Origin: an uncultured delta proteobacterium
GTDB lineage: Bacteria > Desulfobacterota > Binatia > UBA9968
Reading direction: 5' to 3'
Length of the DNA: 37,521 nt
Assembly (NCBI GenBank): GCA_963760795.1
Contig: CAVXEP010000023.1
Coordinates: forward strand, 1 to 37,521
Part shown: positions 36,632 through 37,521 of the stretch, piece after piece
Numbering within the stretch: the stretch's first letter is position 1
Layout: each line of letters begins with the position of its first letter
The notes under the pieces: generated by a model
The model's input: the letters and a program-made list of their open reading frames with translations, nothing else
Database searches by the model: none
What the model was told of the DNA's origin: nothing
Made by a program: the position numbers and the translations under genes

Positions 36632-37521
36632 TCATTGAATTGGCAGCGTAAATGTAAAAGTGCTGCCTTTGCCCACTTCGCTTTCGACCCAGATTTTGCC
36701 GCCGTGCATTTCGACGAAACGTTTCGTCAGCGTCAAACCCAAACCCGTCCCTTCGCGCTTGTGCGCGTAGTTGCCGCTGGCTTGACGGAACTCTTCGAAG
36801 ATCGCTTCTTGGTCTTCCTTGGCGATGCCGATGCCGGTGTCGACGACCGACAGGATCACCGCGCTGTCGCCCAACCTCGCCTCGACCTTCACCTGCCCGC
36901 CCTCAGGCGTGAACTTTACCGCGTTGGTCAGCAGGTTGACGAGGATCTGTTTGATCTTGCGCTCGTCGCCGGTGTAGTCGCCCAAGCGCTCGTCGATCTC
37001 CTGGTCGAGTTTGATACCGTGACGGCTGGCGCGCTCGCGCACCAGTAACATGGCGTTGTCGATGGCGTCGGGCAGGTGAAACGTCGTCACCTCCAACTCC
37101 ATGCGCCCGGCTTCGACCTTCGACAGATCGAGGATGTCGTTGATCAACGATAGCAAATGGCGCCCGGAGGAAAGAATGTCGTCGACATATTCATTTTGCT
37201 TGTCGTTGAACTCGCCGAAGTATTTTTCCAGCAGCACTTCCGAGAAGCCGATGATCGCGTTGAGCGGCGTGCGCAGCTCATGCGACACGTTGGCGAGAAA
37301 TTCGGACTTGTGGCGATTGGCCGCTTCGATCTCACGGTTTTTGTCGCCGATCTCGCGGAACAGCCGCGCGTTGTGGATCGCCAGAGCCGATTGCGTCGCG
37401 AAAGTTTGCAGTAGATTAATCACATCCGGTTCGAACTCGCCCACTTGTCGCCGCCACACCGTCAGGCCGCCCATAATCTGCTGTTCGCGCAACAACGGCA
37501 CCGTGAGCAGCGAGCGGTAAC
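36632..37521 (-). CDS. GAF-HisKA-HATPase sensor histidine kinase (C-terminal part; runs off window)
   Basis: FATQSALAI (GAF end), [38 protein letters not shown]. Confidence 0.95.
   Translation of the reverse strand, partial: YRSLLTVPLLREQQIMGGLTVWRRQVGEFEPDVINLLQTFATQSALAIHNARLFREIGDKNREIEAANRHKSEFLANVSHELRTPLNAIIGFSEVLLEKYFGEFNDKQNEYVDDILSSGRHLLSLINDILDLSKVEAGRMELEVTTFHLPDAIDNAMLLVRERASRHGIKLDQEIDERLGDYTGDERKIKQILVNLLTNAVKFTPEGGQVKVEARLGDSAVILSVVDTGIGIAKEDQEAIFEEFRQASGNYAHKREGTGLGLTLTKRFVEMHGGKIWVESEVGKGSTFTFTLPIQ

Noticed and set aside
36555-36635. His-rich N-terminus HHEGHEGHEG on the GxxExxY protein as a metal-binding tag
   Set aside because: It is just the translation of the 9-mer DNA repeat arm, and family-like sequence starts at VKFDELS. 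Translation from the ATG overlapping the kinase stop is not excluded.

Overview
A 37.5-kb GC-rich bacterial chromosomal window. Gene content and style suggest Binatota/'Deltaproteobacteria' (inference only). Many genes are split by single-base indels, which looks like an unpolished long-read assembly rather than true pseudogenes. From left to right the window holds: a partial FAD/NADP oxidoreductase and a class II aldolase-fold gene; a complete Rieske/cytochrome b operon (Rieske, split b6-type cytochrome b with the heme-ci Cys, subunit IV with an APWY Qo motif, an unannotated 55-aa membrane peptide, an 8-heme cytochrome c and a cupredoxin-motif periplasmic protein); ispF, DUF3750 and GT87; a minus-strand block (MFS, LigJ-like amidohydrolase, His-lined YVTN propeller, ABC ATPase, MFS); SIMPL, an AbgB-like amidohydrolase and a polysaccharide deacetylase; a CHASE2 cyclase with a guanylyl-type specificity signature next to an NsrA-like FecR-TPR-beta-barrel gene and an AT-rich orphan gene; a DUF4212/ActP/CBS-DUF294 locus behind a structured 5' leader; a CCR4-like EEP, tpx and NUDIX; and a His-kinase/receiver/receiver-cyclase operon. 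The most striking non-gene signal is a GxxExxY (PD-(D/E)xK) nuclease gene bracketed by 32-bp inverted repeats built from 9-mer tandem units, inserted between the kinase and receiver genes. Many gene-less inverted 7/8-mer tandem arrays and REP-like palindromes occur at other gene junctions, suggesting an autonomous/non-autonomous 'intervening element' system. No rRNA, tRNA or CRISPR array was recognised.
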